From Balanoglossus misakiensis (Eukaryota; Animalia; Hemichordata), in contig CM082586.2 in assembly GCA_040954595.2 (NCBI GenBank), positions 3,888,349 through 3,952,348 of the forward strand: a stretch of DNA of 64,000 bases, in the 5' to 3' direction. Position numbers and translations under genes: made by a program. Below the pieces are notes generated by a model that was not told where the DNA came from, ran no database searches, and worked only from the letters and a program-made list of their open reading frames with translations. Shown here in pieces: positions 1 to 31,277 of this stretch (positions are counted from its first letter, which is position 1; the number at the start of each line of letters is the position of its first letter).

Positions 1-252
1 TGTAAATTAGCCAATAATTATTTATCTGACCTTCCTAAGGTTAACACTGGAATTCATGTTCAGAGTGGTATGTTGGATTAGTGACAAGTGATGTTGGGAA
101 TGATATATGTTGAACCTATACTAGTTCTATTATTTCCCTTGGTACAAGGAAAACCATGCAATAATCCATAGCGTCTATCGACAGATTTTACTATGGCTTA
201 AGTTCATTTCTTACACTGCTAAAATATATGCACATGTTTGACTTTGTTTCAG

Positions 253-14333
<14,081 letters not shown>

Positions 14334-14901
14334 ATCAACCGGACAAACCACCAACCCCCCTCTCAACACACAACACGACTGCCATGTTCTGTTTTTTTTT
14401 CCCGGAGACTCTATCATTGCAACTATGCAGGGATGTGATCATATACTGCTCATGGATCTAAGAATTCGCTTAAAGAAGAAGAGATTGTGAAACTGAGAAG
14501 TGGACATGAACGATTCCACAGTGATCAGTTACTGGTACCCTTTAATAATGGATATTGTATAGGACTTGAAATTTTTGTAGTGGTTGTTTCGTATACTGTT
14601 CTTACTCTTCACTGAATGATGTAATAAATTATGTGTGCTGTGGAAGATGATGTCACTGTGCATTTACAAAATATCCATTTCTGTTCTCAAAATCGCTGAT
14701 ATCTCTTAACTATAGACATTAACCTTAATTACTGTTAGTGAACAAGTACTATAGATAGTTTTGTATTAGTGTACTTGACATGTCAAACTGGTTCAAAGTA
14801 ATAATTGACTTTAGATTTTACCATACCTTGACCTCCTATGAGAACTCCCAAACATTTTATTTACTCACGTAGTCATATAATGTTGTTAAGTCTTCATTGT
14901 C

Positions 14902-14995
14902 TTAACCCTTTCACCCCCCAGTTTCCTCTTTAGATGTCCAACCTTACCACAGAGAACAATGGGTTTGGACTGAACTATGGTAGTGAAAGGGTTAA
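14902..14995. mobile_element. piggyBac-type MITE, copy 1
   Basis: TTAA-CCCTTTCAC...GTGAAAGGG-TTAA: TTAA target duplication and CCC-starting TIRs; two further copies in the window. Confidence 0.85.
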
Positions 14996-17178
14996 AACTG
15001 TAGAATCGCCCATCTCCTGGCATTGTCACCTGGAAAAAAAAGACTGCCTGGATTCCAGAGACACAAAACAGGATATTGTCAATTCTGCAGTTGAACCACA
15101 GTTACTTCAAGCCAATTTTTACCACTTATATCCTTAAAAACACAGGTGTGATTTTTGTTTGGGAGTTTATGCCAAGCAGACAATATAAACCGAGTCTTTC
15201 ACGTCTTCTAGTAAAGTATTTATCGAGCGTGTTCTCTGTGATGCTGAGTGACACAGTCTTCATATTCTGCTTATACTCGTGATTGTGTGGGCTGATTCAG
15301 TTTGTAATGGAGAACCTCAGCTTATACCTGAGTCGTGTTTGACTGTACGTGCCAACATGTAGGCCTCCAGTACTTGTATTCTATCTTCCAATTTGTGTAT
15401 GAAGACATATCAAAATGAGTTGGGCCCAATAAATGTGCAACAGTTCCTTAACCAACTCAATGAAACGAGATTGACAAAAATAAAAATTGACATATCATGT
15501 GACAATACAATGTTCTGAAACCAGTGGAATTTTAAAGCTTACGATTTATTCCTTTGAGAATCTTAAATATTTTCTGTTTATGTATGCAATATATTCTGTA
15601 TATGCAACAGTATGGATTTGAACTTACCTGCTGCATTGTTTTGTTGTACTAAACACTGACACAAACAGTAAACGATTTTTAAAGTTGTTTTTTTTTACCA
15701 AACTACATATTGATGCGATCAAACTTTTCTGTATTGGAAATACAGTGATTCCTCCTTCTATTGTCCAAAAAAATCTAAATATTTATGATAAGATTTTAGT
15801 AGTCAAGATAAGATCTGTGCATCACCAAGATTTTTCACAAAAGTTTAACTTGTAAGTCATTTGTGACACGACTATGTCAGGTTGATCGTGCAACACAACC
15901 AGCACAGGTGTCAAATAGCTTTAAGAAGAAGCCTGTCTGTTGGCCTGCTTACTGCATCTGACATGTATTTTTGCTCGCCACAGTTGAATTCTTAATTATC
16001 AATCACGTGATCTGACCATGTGACCCACGGCATTGTCATTTCCAGATGATGGGCAAACAATATTTCGGCATCCAGTAAAAACATGTTCCGGGTATGTTTT
16101 TACCTTAGAACCGCTGGACATGTAACATGTATCAGGCAAGGTGCCTCATCACAGCGTTTCGTTTACACAGTCATTGTCTGCTGAAGTTGCCTGTCATCTG
16201 GAAATTTGAATGCCAATGGAACTGCGTCTGACGTCATTTGATATCGAAGAATAATGCATGAAGAAGGTCTATGATTATCTGTGCAATCTTGTTCAGAATT
16301 TTAACAAGTGTATCCCACTGTAATCACATACCAGATATTCAGTATTTACTTACAGACATGCCTTGGGTCTGTACTAGTACCCGGAGGGCAAGTATGGTTT
16401 TTAGGTCGCCGAAAATGATTCAGGTTGTATTTTAGTCCACTGTGATTTGACGACTCAAGTCACATGACTACATAGAAGTGTGACAGACGAGAATAGTGTG
16501 GCACTTCTGATTATGGCAATAAGACATCCGTGTATGATGATGAGTTTCCATGGCAACACGTTTCCAGAAGTAGTTTTGATTTTTGGAAGTTATTTCTGAT
16601 CCTTTTGTTAGCGTTTATGATGTTTGACAATTAGCAGCGATTTTGTTTTGCAATCAGGGATGTAGAGGTGGAAAACATGTCAACAGTGGTGACAGTACAT
16701 AATGTGGCTCATATTTTAATACATCAATTCACAGAAAGTGAAGGCTGGCTCTATGGGATATTCTGAAGTAAACATGGACTTGTAAAATGAACCATTGGCC
16801 AAAAAAAAAAACATGGTTAGCCTTATTTTATTTGAAATATATAGCACTCTCCTCTACTGCTGTTTGTAGTTTTTCTTCACAAATGACTCAATATTACAGT
16901 CTTGATATAGCTTGGGTTAAAATCAAAACGCCCTGCTTTTTTATGTTGAGTGAATTGACAATAAGCACAAAAAAGCAATTTCTCTTATTGCTTTGAGTCA
17001 CCGCACAGTTGCTGTAACCACCTGCGTTGACACACAAAAGACAACCTCTGCTGCTAATCATTATCTTCCACCAATAATCATTTGAAAATTGGACATGACA
17101 GCAATAGTATGACAAAGTAATAGCTACACTTTAAAAATATACCAATAACTGACACTGGAAAGGAGGCGCAATCTGACA

Positions 17179-17271
17179 ATAACCCTTTCACCCCCAGTTC
17201 CCTCTTTAGAGGTCCAACCTTACCATAGAAAACAATGGGTTTGGACTGAACCATTGTGGTGAAAGGGTCAA
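17179..17271. mobile_element. piggyBac-type MITE, copy 2
   Basis: Near-identical internal sequence (GTCCAACCTTACCA...TTTGGACTGAAC) to 14902-14995; degenerate TTAA flanks. Confidence 0.85.
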
Positions 17272-20200
17272 GTGGGGTGACAGAACTGTTGTGTTATAAT
17301 TACCGAGTATATGAATGTCGAACCTGCACACTTCTATATACTTCTGATAGTTTGTCATTCCTCAGTAATGTGACGCATATTCTTCTGTATTGTGACGCAC
17401 ATTTAGTAATGTGACGCACACAGCATTTGATTTCAATATTTGTCTGGTACATGTAGTTTTCTATGATGATTTTCGTTATTGGAGTTCCTTTTTCCTCCTT
17501 TAAAATAATTTGTTGTAGGAATAGCACAAACCACCAAAACTACTTGTTTATTGTACCATTAGAGTTTGTGTAAAATGTTTATTGCCATTGCATGATCTTA
17601 AATTTATAATTGTTGTGTATATTATGATCCCCAATGAATATAATCATTTAAGAGGAGGTGACGTTTATCTGTATTTAACTTTTTTATTCTTGCATTTTAT
17701 TGAGTCGTCACTGTAGTTCCAAATGTTAATTGTGATTCGAAGCGGAAATTGTCACATATAATTACTTTTTGAACAAAGACACAACATTTCTTCAGTCAAA
17801 TCATTTGCCATCATTTTACTGTTGTTTTTAGAGGTGAGAGATTGATTTTCAAAGTCTCTGATTTATTTTTAAGTAAAGGAGTCTATTTGTACGACTGGAT
17901 ATAATGTACTGTAAAATTTGTAACATTGGTATGTTGCGTTACAGTTGAAACTGAACAGAACACAATTAGGCAAAATTCTATCTGAGGTGTGCACAGGGTT
18001 TCTTTAACCCTCTATAATGAATGATTTGACAAACAAAAAAACTGTGGGATTCTTGATTTTTCACTACTTTCTTTAGATTGTCCGACGAAATTCCATGATC
18101 TTGTACTTCACATTTTAGTCAGCAAGACAAAGCAAAAACCCCATTTAAACTTTATCTATGGAGCAAAAAAAAATCAATACACTGAAAACAGTGTTCCACA
18201 AAATTTCAGAACTGCCTGAATTAATCACTATTGTAATTGAAACTATTGATTGTAATATTGCAACAACCAATCGTAAATTTTTTACCGTTACTTAATGTAG
18301 GATAATTAAATGTTTCTGTTGTGTGAACCTTTGACTTTGCAATATTTGACCTGATGCTGTGTGTATAGATAGCCTTGATAGTTTAACTTGTTAGATGCGC
18401 TAATAATTGTCCTCTTGTCTCCCGTCTTGGATTGCAATAACATGTTAGCAATAACAGTAGAGTAGCATAGAGATATCTTCATCCATCATAACAATTGCAG
18501 AATATATATACATATAATCTATCATGGAAAAAAAGCTTGCTTTATTGTGGATTGATGTGTGTGGCTTCCCAGTCCAAATGCTTATGTGTCCATTCCACCA
18601 GAATGTCTACAGAAATTACAAGGCTAAGAACAGTATGTGTCTCTTGACTTTCTAAATACTATTGATACAAATGCCTAGCCACTCCATGGACATGTTGTGT
18701 ATACATTTGCTATGATATGTCTTCCCTACTTCAAAATAAAAAAATATTTTGATAATGCCTGAATGACACAAGTCACTGTTTTATAGAAATTTATATAACT
18801 TTGGCAGCATTGACATTTTATTCAGGATATGCAGTTGAATGACAAGTAATGTGCCCAGTCCAGCAATTTATTCGACAGGTCCTTACCTTATTTACTGTCA
18901 TTGTAAGCAATAGTTTAAAAAGTATCAAAGTCTAGATCAGGTCTTCTGGTTTTGAGCCATGCACAGGAATAGAATAATACAGAGCTGGTTTCAAGTCAAC
19001 CCATTTGTTTTGCCTGTAGTATTTTGACGATGTACAAGGTTCTGTGCAGTCTTTGGACTGCTTACACACGCCTTTTTTCATGTCTGTCTCATACCTTTGC
19101 ATTTAGGGTCTGTTTGTGGGCTTGTCTTTGACTTGCTTGCCTATTTGCTCTGTAACTCAACAAATACAATCGATCATGTCCAATCCTTCACCAACTAATA
19201 ATTTCTCTTGTGTAAACAGCAATTGAGACTAATAGAAGTAATTGCTTGAATGTGTTCAGATGATTTCGTCTGTCATATGTGGTATTATAACAGTATGTCA
19301 CATTTTCAGTGGTACGTGTATTTAGATAAAAACAAACTTCAATTTATTTGCTGTGGACATAACTAAATAAATGATATAATATCAGTGAGTTTATTTGTGA
19401 CATTTCAATTGATCTTGAAGATAAATGACAGAAAAATCCACACAAAGTCCATTTCAGTGATCTATTGATGGTCTATACAGTTTCATCCTTACTGGGAAAT
19501 GTATTCACATGAATCTGCTATGTTCTTGCTTCTCTAGAATCATTGCATTTACAACAAGCAGCTTCTCTGTATAAATATAAGTGTGGTGATACACAATGGG
19601 GAGATCCAGCCTGAATGAACGAGATATGTTCAGTTCAACATGAATGGTGTAGGAATCATGAAGGTTTCTGTGCAGATGGTTGTGATATAAGAGTATAAAA
19701 TGCCATTTGCCATTGAGAACACTCGCCTGTACTCAAATGACCCCAAAACGCCCACAACTCAGTTGGCCAAATATTTGCATTCCCGTGTTCGATATTTTCC
19801 TATACGCACAGTTTGTTGGTGACAGACAGACTAAAACAATGTCTGTCTGGGATGACACTGAAATCAGACTTGCCATTTTTCGCCATAATGTCTTGAACAT
19901 GGACAGTGTCGTGTAACATACTGTTGCTACGACAACATTGTATTCTCCTCATCGTTTATGCTGTTAGGCACACATAGAAAAGTAAACTGAAATTTTTATG
20001 ATTGATTTGTGTATAAAAGTGTCATGTTTTTCTGAGATCTTGGTTGGTGCAAGATGAGTTTGTAGTGATTAACATTGTGTAATTTGGCTTGGGTCTCTGT
20101 ACTTTCATATTTTGTCAATGTTGAGTTATATCCGGTCAATAATAAAACATGCTATTGTTTCCCCAAATATATACCTTACTCAATTGTTTCTCTGTCTCAT

Positions 20201-20531
20201 TTGTGATAATCATCCATGCCATTGAACTTGATACTGGAAACAGTTCTCTGCCTCCAATTTACATACGCCAATATATGGCTGAAATGGCGTTCTAAAGAAC
20301 ATATAGTGGCGCTCTATTTTTTGCGTGTGCCACCCACTGAAAATCAGCGATGGTGTACCTTTAATCAGTCCGGCTAATGTCTCAAGGTGGAATAGTAGGA
20401 TTGACCAATCAGCGATCGCCATCGCGAAACGTCATATGTGTCCTGAGTTGACCCGGAAGAAGAATTGAACGCGCAATGCATTCTGGGGTGACATTCGTCC
20501 GCAAGTTGTGTAAGCAGTGTTGTGCCCGAAG

Positions 20532-24459
<3,928 letters not shown>

Positions 24460-25205
24460 AAAACAACAACAACCAAAGACAGACGTTTTCTTTCTGTGAA
24501 CAGTTGTGAACAAGAAACGACAACATTTCGTGTTTCTTTTTCACAACCAATTGCTTTTTGTGGATTTGAAAAGCTGACAGACGCTGGGTCAGAGTTCAAC
24601 CAAGCGTCAGACCAGACTTTGAAAATCCAACTAGACCACGCAGTGTGTTTTGTTAAGTGGCTTGCAGTTCTTGTCCAGATTATTGAAGACTATTTCATTC
24701 AGCATTTGAGTAGAAGTGATGTCATTTTTCTCTGAAATTGACCAAGCCTTTATTTCTGTTGAATGTTCCAGCGGTATTGCTGGCGGTGTGTTTTAGTAGA
24801 ATGTTTTAGGCTCACAGAAATTCCAATGAAGCAGGTGGATAGACAGCTAAATTTGAAAGACTAAACATGAATGTACATAAGCTAGGGAATGAAGTAAAAC
24901 CATCACACAGTGGTTATTTTTCCATCTACTTGACAATAATATTTGTTCAATTTAATTAAATAGCACCCCGCATCATCTATGTATTATTTTTTATTCTCTC
25001 AAAGTTAACTAATGCTGAACACCATGGTTTTGAAATTCCATGAAAGACCCACACAACATACCACGTGAATAGGTGAAGGTGTAACGCTTTATTCAGTTTC
25101 CATCAATCTCTCAGAACAAGCCTGTCAAAAACAGCAATCTGAAACATGATTCGTCGTTGTCATCCGGGTCCTAATGCCTGCGCGTGCGTGTGTGATTTAT
25201 CAGCT

Positions 25206-25636
25206 TCATCTACCACTACCCCAATCGTGATTGCCGTTGCCCATGCCGTTTCCGTTGTTCCCGTTGCTCATACCCAATAAGACCTCGCACGCTTCTGCCA
25301 AGCCATTGAAACCGATGATCACGCCGAAATCAAACTGAAATCGAGAAAGTAACAAAATATGAATGCAGTATCCAATAGCCGTACCGAACATTCTTCAAAC
25401 AAAAACAGGAAAATGTATACTTGTCCACCGACCAAGTATATTCCGGAAGAAAAATCGCGTATCTCATCAATACAATACAGTACAATACAATACAATGCAA
25501 TACTTTACAATACAACACAACACAGCGTATCGCTTTTTACCCCAGGTATAAAACTGCCTTGAGCATCGGTACCGGTGAAGGATCCCATCATCACCATAAC
25601 AACCATGAGCGAAGTGGACAGTACAAGACTTTTCAT
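25206..25636 (-). CDS. Small secreted Gly/Asn-rich peptide precursor 1 (74 aa, orphan)
   Basis: Coding exons 25636-25541 and 25334-25206 give MKSLVLSTSLMVVMVMMGSFTGTDA|QGSFIPGFDFGVIIGFNGLAEACEVLLGMSNGNNGNGMGNGNHDWGSGR*. TATA box at 25931-25937, non-coding exon 1 with donor at 25843, AATAAA at ~25088 on the minus strand; paralogue opposite. Confidence 0.85.
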
Positions 25637-25930
25637 ATTGAACTAAAAAAGAAAAAGGAACCTTGATATGTACCATGAAGTGAGAAGGTAATCTACTGGA
25701 ATCCAAAATTTCAGCGTGATTTTATATTTACTAGGCTAGCGTGTACTTGATCCAAAAGACTGATGTACCCTATATCCTGTTGCTGATTTCACTGTCAAAC
25801 TTTTTGACACTATGTATGTGTAGAAATAGAAATGGTTCTTACCCTGGCGACGTCGGTGGTATAGATGTAAAAGCTGAGACGGCCGTGGCAAGTCACGGAA
25901 ATTGGGAATTGAAATGAAACAGACTTTACC

Positions 25931-26328
25931 TTTTATAGTCAGCCATTTGGACCAGATCCATTGGGATCTAGGATCATGGAATGTTTTCCAAATGGTGATG
26001 AGAATTACTCTTTGTTAGGAATGTAAAATATTTACATGATAAGCAAAAAAAACAGAAGGAAGTTTTTTTAGCTTTGCTTTGCGTGGTCTCCCTGAACATT
26101 GGTGTCGATAATGTTTCTCTCGATGTCATTAAACTGTTGCCATGGCTAAAATCACTGGCGATCGATGTATCGATGTTACACATTTGTTCTTGTCAAATAT
26201 TTTAATAACTGTTTCTACTAATATATACTTTACATTCCTAACGAAGAGTAATTCTCATCAGCAATGCTTGGAAAACATTCCACGATCCTAGATCCCAAAC
26301 GATCTGATCCGAATGGTTGGCTATAAAA
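25931..26328. promoter_or_regulatory. Back-to-back TATA promoters of the peptide gene pair
   Basis: CTATAAAAGG on each strand ~390 bp apart, each preceded by the conserved block GGAAAACATTCCA-GATCCTAGATCCCAA. Confidence 0.75.
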
Positions 26329-26771
26329 GGTGCAGTCTGTTTCAATTCAAATCACAATTTCCCTGACTTGCCTCAGCTGTCTCTACTTTACATCTATACC
26401 ACCGACGTCGCTTCTCCAGGGTAAGAACCATTTCTATTTCTTCACACATCAAAAAGTTTGACAGTGAAATCATCAACATGATGTAGGGTACATCAGTCTT
26501 TCATGAAAATCGATGAACAGTGCATTTTGGGCCGAGTTCCAGCGGACCCTAAGCTTCCTAGTAGACTCACTAGTACGTAGTCAAGGCTGTATACATGTAT
26601 CCTAATTTAAATGTTTCGACTGAACAAGATTTTCCAGTGGACAGCCAATCACATCCCTCCTTACGATCAAGTTTAGTCTTGCCTATAGTTAACACATAGC
26701 GCTGAAAATTGGACCTTCTCTCACTTCATGGTGCATATAAAGATTCTTTTGTCTTTTTTTTTTAGTTCAAT

Positions 26772-27149
26772 ATGAAAAGTCTAGTACTGTCCACTTCGCT
26801 TTTGGTTGTTATGGTGATGATGGGATCCTTCACTGAAACTGATGCTCAAGGCAGTTTTCTATTTGGGGTAAATAGCAATACTTACTTTCCGTATTGTATT
26901 GTATTGTATTGTATTGTATTGTATTTTGTACTGCACCTTGTTAACCATAAGGTTACATGTATCGACTGATCCTTTTCTTCGGCCATACGTCTCGTCACAT
27001 CAGTAACTCGTGACGTTTGATCATTTCAGTTTCCATTAAGCGTTAGCATCGGCCTAGAAGACTTGCCAGAATTATGCCAGAACGTGCTGTTCAACAATGG
27101 TAATGGCAACAATGGAAACGGTAACCAAGGCAATGGTCAAGGCCCATAG
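26772..27149 (+). CDS. Small secreted Gly/Asn-rich peptide precursor 2 (71 aa, orphan)
   Basis: Coding exons 26772-26867 and 27030-27149 give MKSLVLSTSLLVVMVMMGSFTETDA|QGSFLFGFPLSVSIGLEDLPELCQNVLFNNGNGNNGNGNQGNGQGP*. TATA box at 26322-26328, non-coding exon 1 ending at 26420, AATAAA at ~27282. Confidence 0.85.
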
Positions 27150-27349
27150 GGTCTCAAAGATATAACACAGAATATAACTGGATGAAAATGGATCACAAAC
27201 TGACAAGCAGATGCATCGTTTCAATGATCTTTCAAAGTAGGAGACATTTGACAATGTATCTCGTTTTGCGTTTTCCTGCACAATAAATGCAGTTGGTAAA
27301 TTGACTTGCATTTATGTATTTGCATTTGGTTTTGCCCTCAAATATGAGG

Positions 27350-27363
27350 TGTGCGTGTGGGGT

Positions 27364-27395
<32 letters not shown>

Positions 27396-27540
27396 AACAT
27401 ATTTGTGTGCATGAATGTACTTATGTAAGTATGAACATTTGCATATACATACATATGTATGTTTGTACATGAATATGTATATAAGCACATATGTATGTAT
27501 GTACATTGTATGTATACATTTATGTACTGCACACATTCAT
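27350..27540. repeat. Degenerate (TG)/(TATG) low-complexity tract
   Basis: Read directly. Confidence 0.8.
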
Positions 27541-28889
27541 TCCATTGCAAGAAGCTGCGTCTTTCATTTTTTCACTTTTTTTTAATTTTCATTTAAAATG
27601 AAATCTTTGTCACCACAAACCGGTTGTTGTGCCAGACAAATTAAAATAAAATTTGTGAAAATACAAAATCGGTAGAAGCAACATGGCAGACAATGGTTCG
27701 TATCGTCCCTCTGTTGCTTAGGTTTCTCCCTGTCATTAACAGCGATTGTACTCTGCCATTATATTCTTTTAACTTTGAACGTATTGGGTTTGTTCTTCTA
27801 CAGTATTGACTACAACCATTTAATACTGAAACTAGAAGGGTTGCAATTTCTGACAAAAGATTTTGGACAAATGTTGCGGTCTTTGTTTATTGACACTGTG
27901 TAAGCTGAAGTTTTTGAACCCCTCATTACGACTTAAGTTACTAACAAATGTTTTGTCTCATAAAGATGATTTATACTAAAATATAAATTTTCCAGCACGC
28001 GCATTTATTCCCAATGTTCATCCACAAAAAATAAATATTTGCAATCAACGGTATTAGAAGTTGTGGCAATAAAAACAGGACACAGAGAAAATGTAAGTGC
28101 CTAGCTACATGAAATCAGTATGGAGAAATTTCTTTTGAGTCGGTAGTGCACACTGCTATGTTGCTATGTTGAGTTCAAATTTGCCTAAAAATGACAGTCA
28201 AAAACATGTACACATTTTTCAATGATAAACACCTCTACAAGAACTTAAATGGGAAGGCAAAATAATTACATCAATAGTGACTAAAATCCACTGAATTACA
28301 TATAATCTATGAAATGTGATGTTTGTATCCTCTATAAGCTCTTACAACTGTATGAACACAAAATGACAATAGCACTATGGTCTTTGATTTATGAACATTT
28401 GGGGCATTTCATTAGAAAAAATGACTCCCACTCGCATTTTTACCCAGTAAGTTTACAAAAACCATGGAGAGTACATACAGGCATGTCGTGTCTGACACGT
28501 ATGCATAAGGTTTATAAGTGATTGCTGGTGATCTGAACACCAGTTGCTGATTCACCAAGCTATAGGGGATTAACTTGTACTTCTACTTGTACAGTGATAA
28601 TCTGAAGGATATTAATCTGATAGATCACAATATTTCAGATGTATAGTACAAACTTGTTCATTCTGCCGTCTGTGAAATCATGTATCATCCATATAAAATA
28701 ACCAATGTGATAAAATGAACGTGGTTGTGCTCTGTTAGTACCAATGTGCTATGGTTACATTTATACAGTATATCCACTTAACTCAAGTGAGTTACCGGTA
28801 GATGCCATGACAGATGAAAGTCAAGTTATTCCACAATCATTGAAGTTTCACTGACATGGTCAACTGTTCAAACCAATTCTCAACTTCCA

Positions 28890-28983
28890 TTAACCCCATT
28901 CACCCCCAGTTCCCAATTTAGAGGTCCAACCTTACCACAGAAAACAACAAGTTTGGACTGAACCATAGTGGTGAAAGAGTTAA
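28890..28983. mobile_element. piggyBac-type MITE, copy 3
   Basis: TTAACCCCATTCAC...GTGAAAGAGTTAA; same internal sequence as copies 1 and 2. Confidence 0.85.
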
Positions 28984-29570
28984 AAACTGCAGCATGTAAG
29001 GTCTCAGAAACAATCAACACATTAACACTCGATCAATATCCTAGCAACTTCATTTATTCGCTTAAAGCATGTCTATATTTGCCGGGTATCCAAACGGATA
29101 CAAGCTTGTGTTTCTACAGGAACATTTGGAGTGATTACATCTTTGATATTTCTGCACCGCAGACGTTTCTAGAGATGTGGTATGTCACTAATGATATTCT
29201 CACTATGTCGGTAGAGTCAAGCAGAATTTCAAATCAGAATTAAAAACTGAAAGTTTCGATTAAAAATATGAAAATTTGGGAATATTAAAAAAATAGTGAG
29301 TGGAGACCATATGCACATAGGAACCAACAAATCACATCACTGAGATGAAAAGAAATCACTCAGAAAAAAAATTTGATAACAATACATATTTCAGTTTTAA
29401 ATAATAATATTTTCAATACTGTTTTTATTTGAAAATAGATTTTTTTTAAATTTATCAACCGATGATTGGATTTATCAGAGAGTCTCAATGTGAATGAACA
29501 AACACTTGGGTTCCAGCTGTATGGAAGTATTGCATAGATTTAAATGATAAGTCTTCGTGTTGATCTGAGA

Positions 29571-31277
29571 TTAGTCTTGTTTGCCAGCCACTTTTCCACC
29601 AATCACCTTCTTCCGTTGCCTGATCATGTGAGAGTACAGCCTGGGAAAAACTGGAAAATAAGTGATTGTCAGTGACATCACATGGTCATGATTGGATAAA
29701 CATATTTTAGTGAATATTCCAGGGAAACCCTTTTTTTCCAGAAGATCAACACCGTACAGTGACCAATCACATCAATTAAGAAACCTCAAACAATAGACGT
29801 CTACAACTGGATACATGTACTTACTTGGTATGTACATCACCATGACGATAATAACAAAGTAAAAATAATTAAAGGAGACATTGTAATCGTTCGGGAGTGT
29901 GATGGAAAACATCTCAGATTCCTTCAGATATGATAGTGATGTGTAGAAAGACAACAATTCACCCTGGAAAAAAAATCAAACACCGGTCTGAGTAATGCAA
30001 GTCTTCTTAGCAGCCAAATTACAATCGGTACACACAACAAAAATACTGGAAATAAAATCAAAAGTTAGAGCTAATGTCCCTTTAAAGAACACCATCATTT
30101 GTTGATACTTACAGTTACACCTAGGGGATAGAGGACAATGAAGAGTGTGTATCGACACCAAGTAATAAGATAAGGCAGACGGTTCATCAAACCAAACGTG
30201 TAAAATGCATAACGAATGATCTCAGTGGGTGTCCATGCCAACATGAAAAGAGTTACTCCTATTTTGTCTTGAACCTGTTCAAAAGAAGATGATAAAGTTA
30301 TTAATATGCTTAATCAGCATGCTTCCCAATAAGCTACTCTAAGTCCCCAATGAGAGGTTTTAAGTGTGGGACTCATATCCGTGTTCCACAACTTAAGCAG
30401 AAACACTGACCCAGAAAGACAACAATACAAATCTGCAGACATACCTCAGGTACACTGTGTATTATACCCCAGAGTAGAAAAACCCTTGAGAACACTTGAA
30501 ATGCAGTTAACATGACAGACGATGGCACGATACCAATGGCAGCATGAAGAATCTATAATAACAACAATAACAATAACAACATCAATCATTAATCAATTGT
30601 ATTGATACAGAGAAACTGAGGTTAGGCAGACATAGCTAAATATTGACACTGTAAAAACATACCTCAAAGACGGCTGCAGTTTGGAATACTTTCAGTGGTA
30701 TTTCAAAAGCTTCATACATTCCATTGTATGAGTTAGTTTCGATAAAATGTTTCACCATGATTACACCAATTGATGCCCATCTGATGAAAAAAATATACAA
30801 GATTCATTACAGCGAGAGAGAGACTTTGTCCCTTTAATAACCACTACTACTATACTAAATGATAACATACATGACTGAAATGTACCATTGCACAGAAATT
30901 ATGAAAATGAATTCCACGAAATCATTTTAATGCTGGGAGAAATGTGTCTGGCCGCAGGCGAAATATTTAAATAAATATGAACCAGACTAGGGGTCGTAAT
31001 ATACCATCAGATCTCAGTTTGATTGATAATCACGCGTGTTCAACTTCAATCGAACGCGTACAATACATTGACATGTGTGTAAATTCAAGATGTCAATTTC
31101 ACGACACGCCCCTTCCGATTAAATTTTGGGTTGTAGGAAATATTAATCGGAACGGTATTTTGACATAATATAGTTGATGACATACCCTGCACAAAGCACG
31201 ACATTGTATAGCACCAGATATGCGGTTGCCGCCGGTGACACACGGCGTTTCTTCTCTCCTTGATCATCCGCAGCCAT
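29571..31277 (-). CDS. HACD2: Very-long-chain 3-hydroxyacyl-CoA dehydratase (HACD1/2, PTPLA-like)
   Basis: Exons 31277-31186, 30780-30663, 30552-30445, 30274-30113, 29963-29825, 29650-29571. Motifs: [42 protein letters not shown] (catalytic Tyr/Glu), [10 protein letters not shown]. Confidence 0.95.

Larger units (their letters stand above)
14334..20170 (+). other. Probable long Argonaute 3'UTR
   Basis: No coding exons found between the AGO stop and the NDUFV1 promoter; AATAAA at ~20141 followed by T-rich sequence; more proximal AATAAA sites also exist. Confidence 0.5.
25206..27149. repeat. Inverted gene duplication (arms ~25206-26030 and ~26225-27149, unique spacer ~195 bp)
   Basis: Promoter, exon 1, intron 1, signal-peptide exon and an intronic (TATTG)n tract align between the reverse complement of the left arm and the right arm; the right intron 1 carries a ~150-bp insertion. 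Confidence 0.92.
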
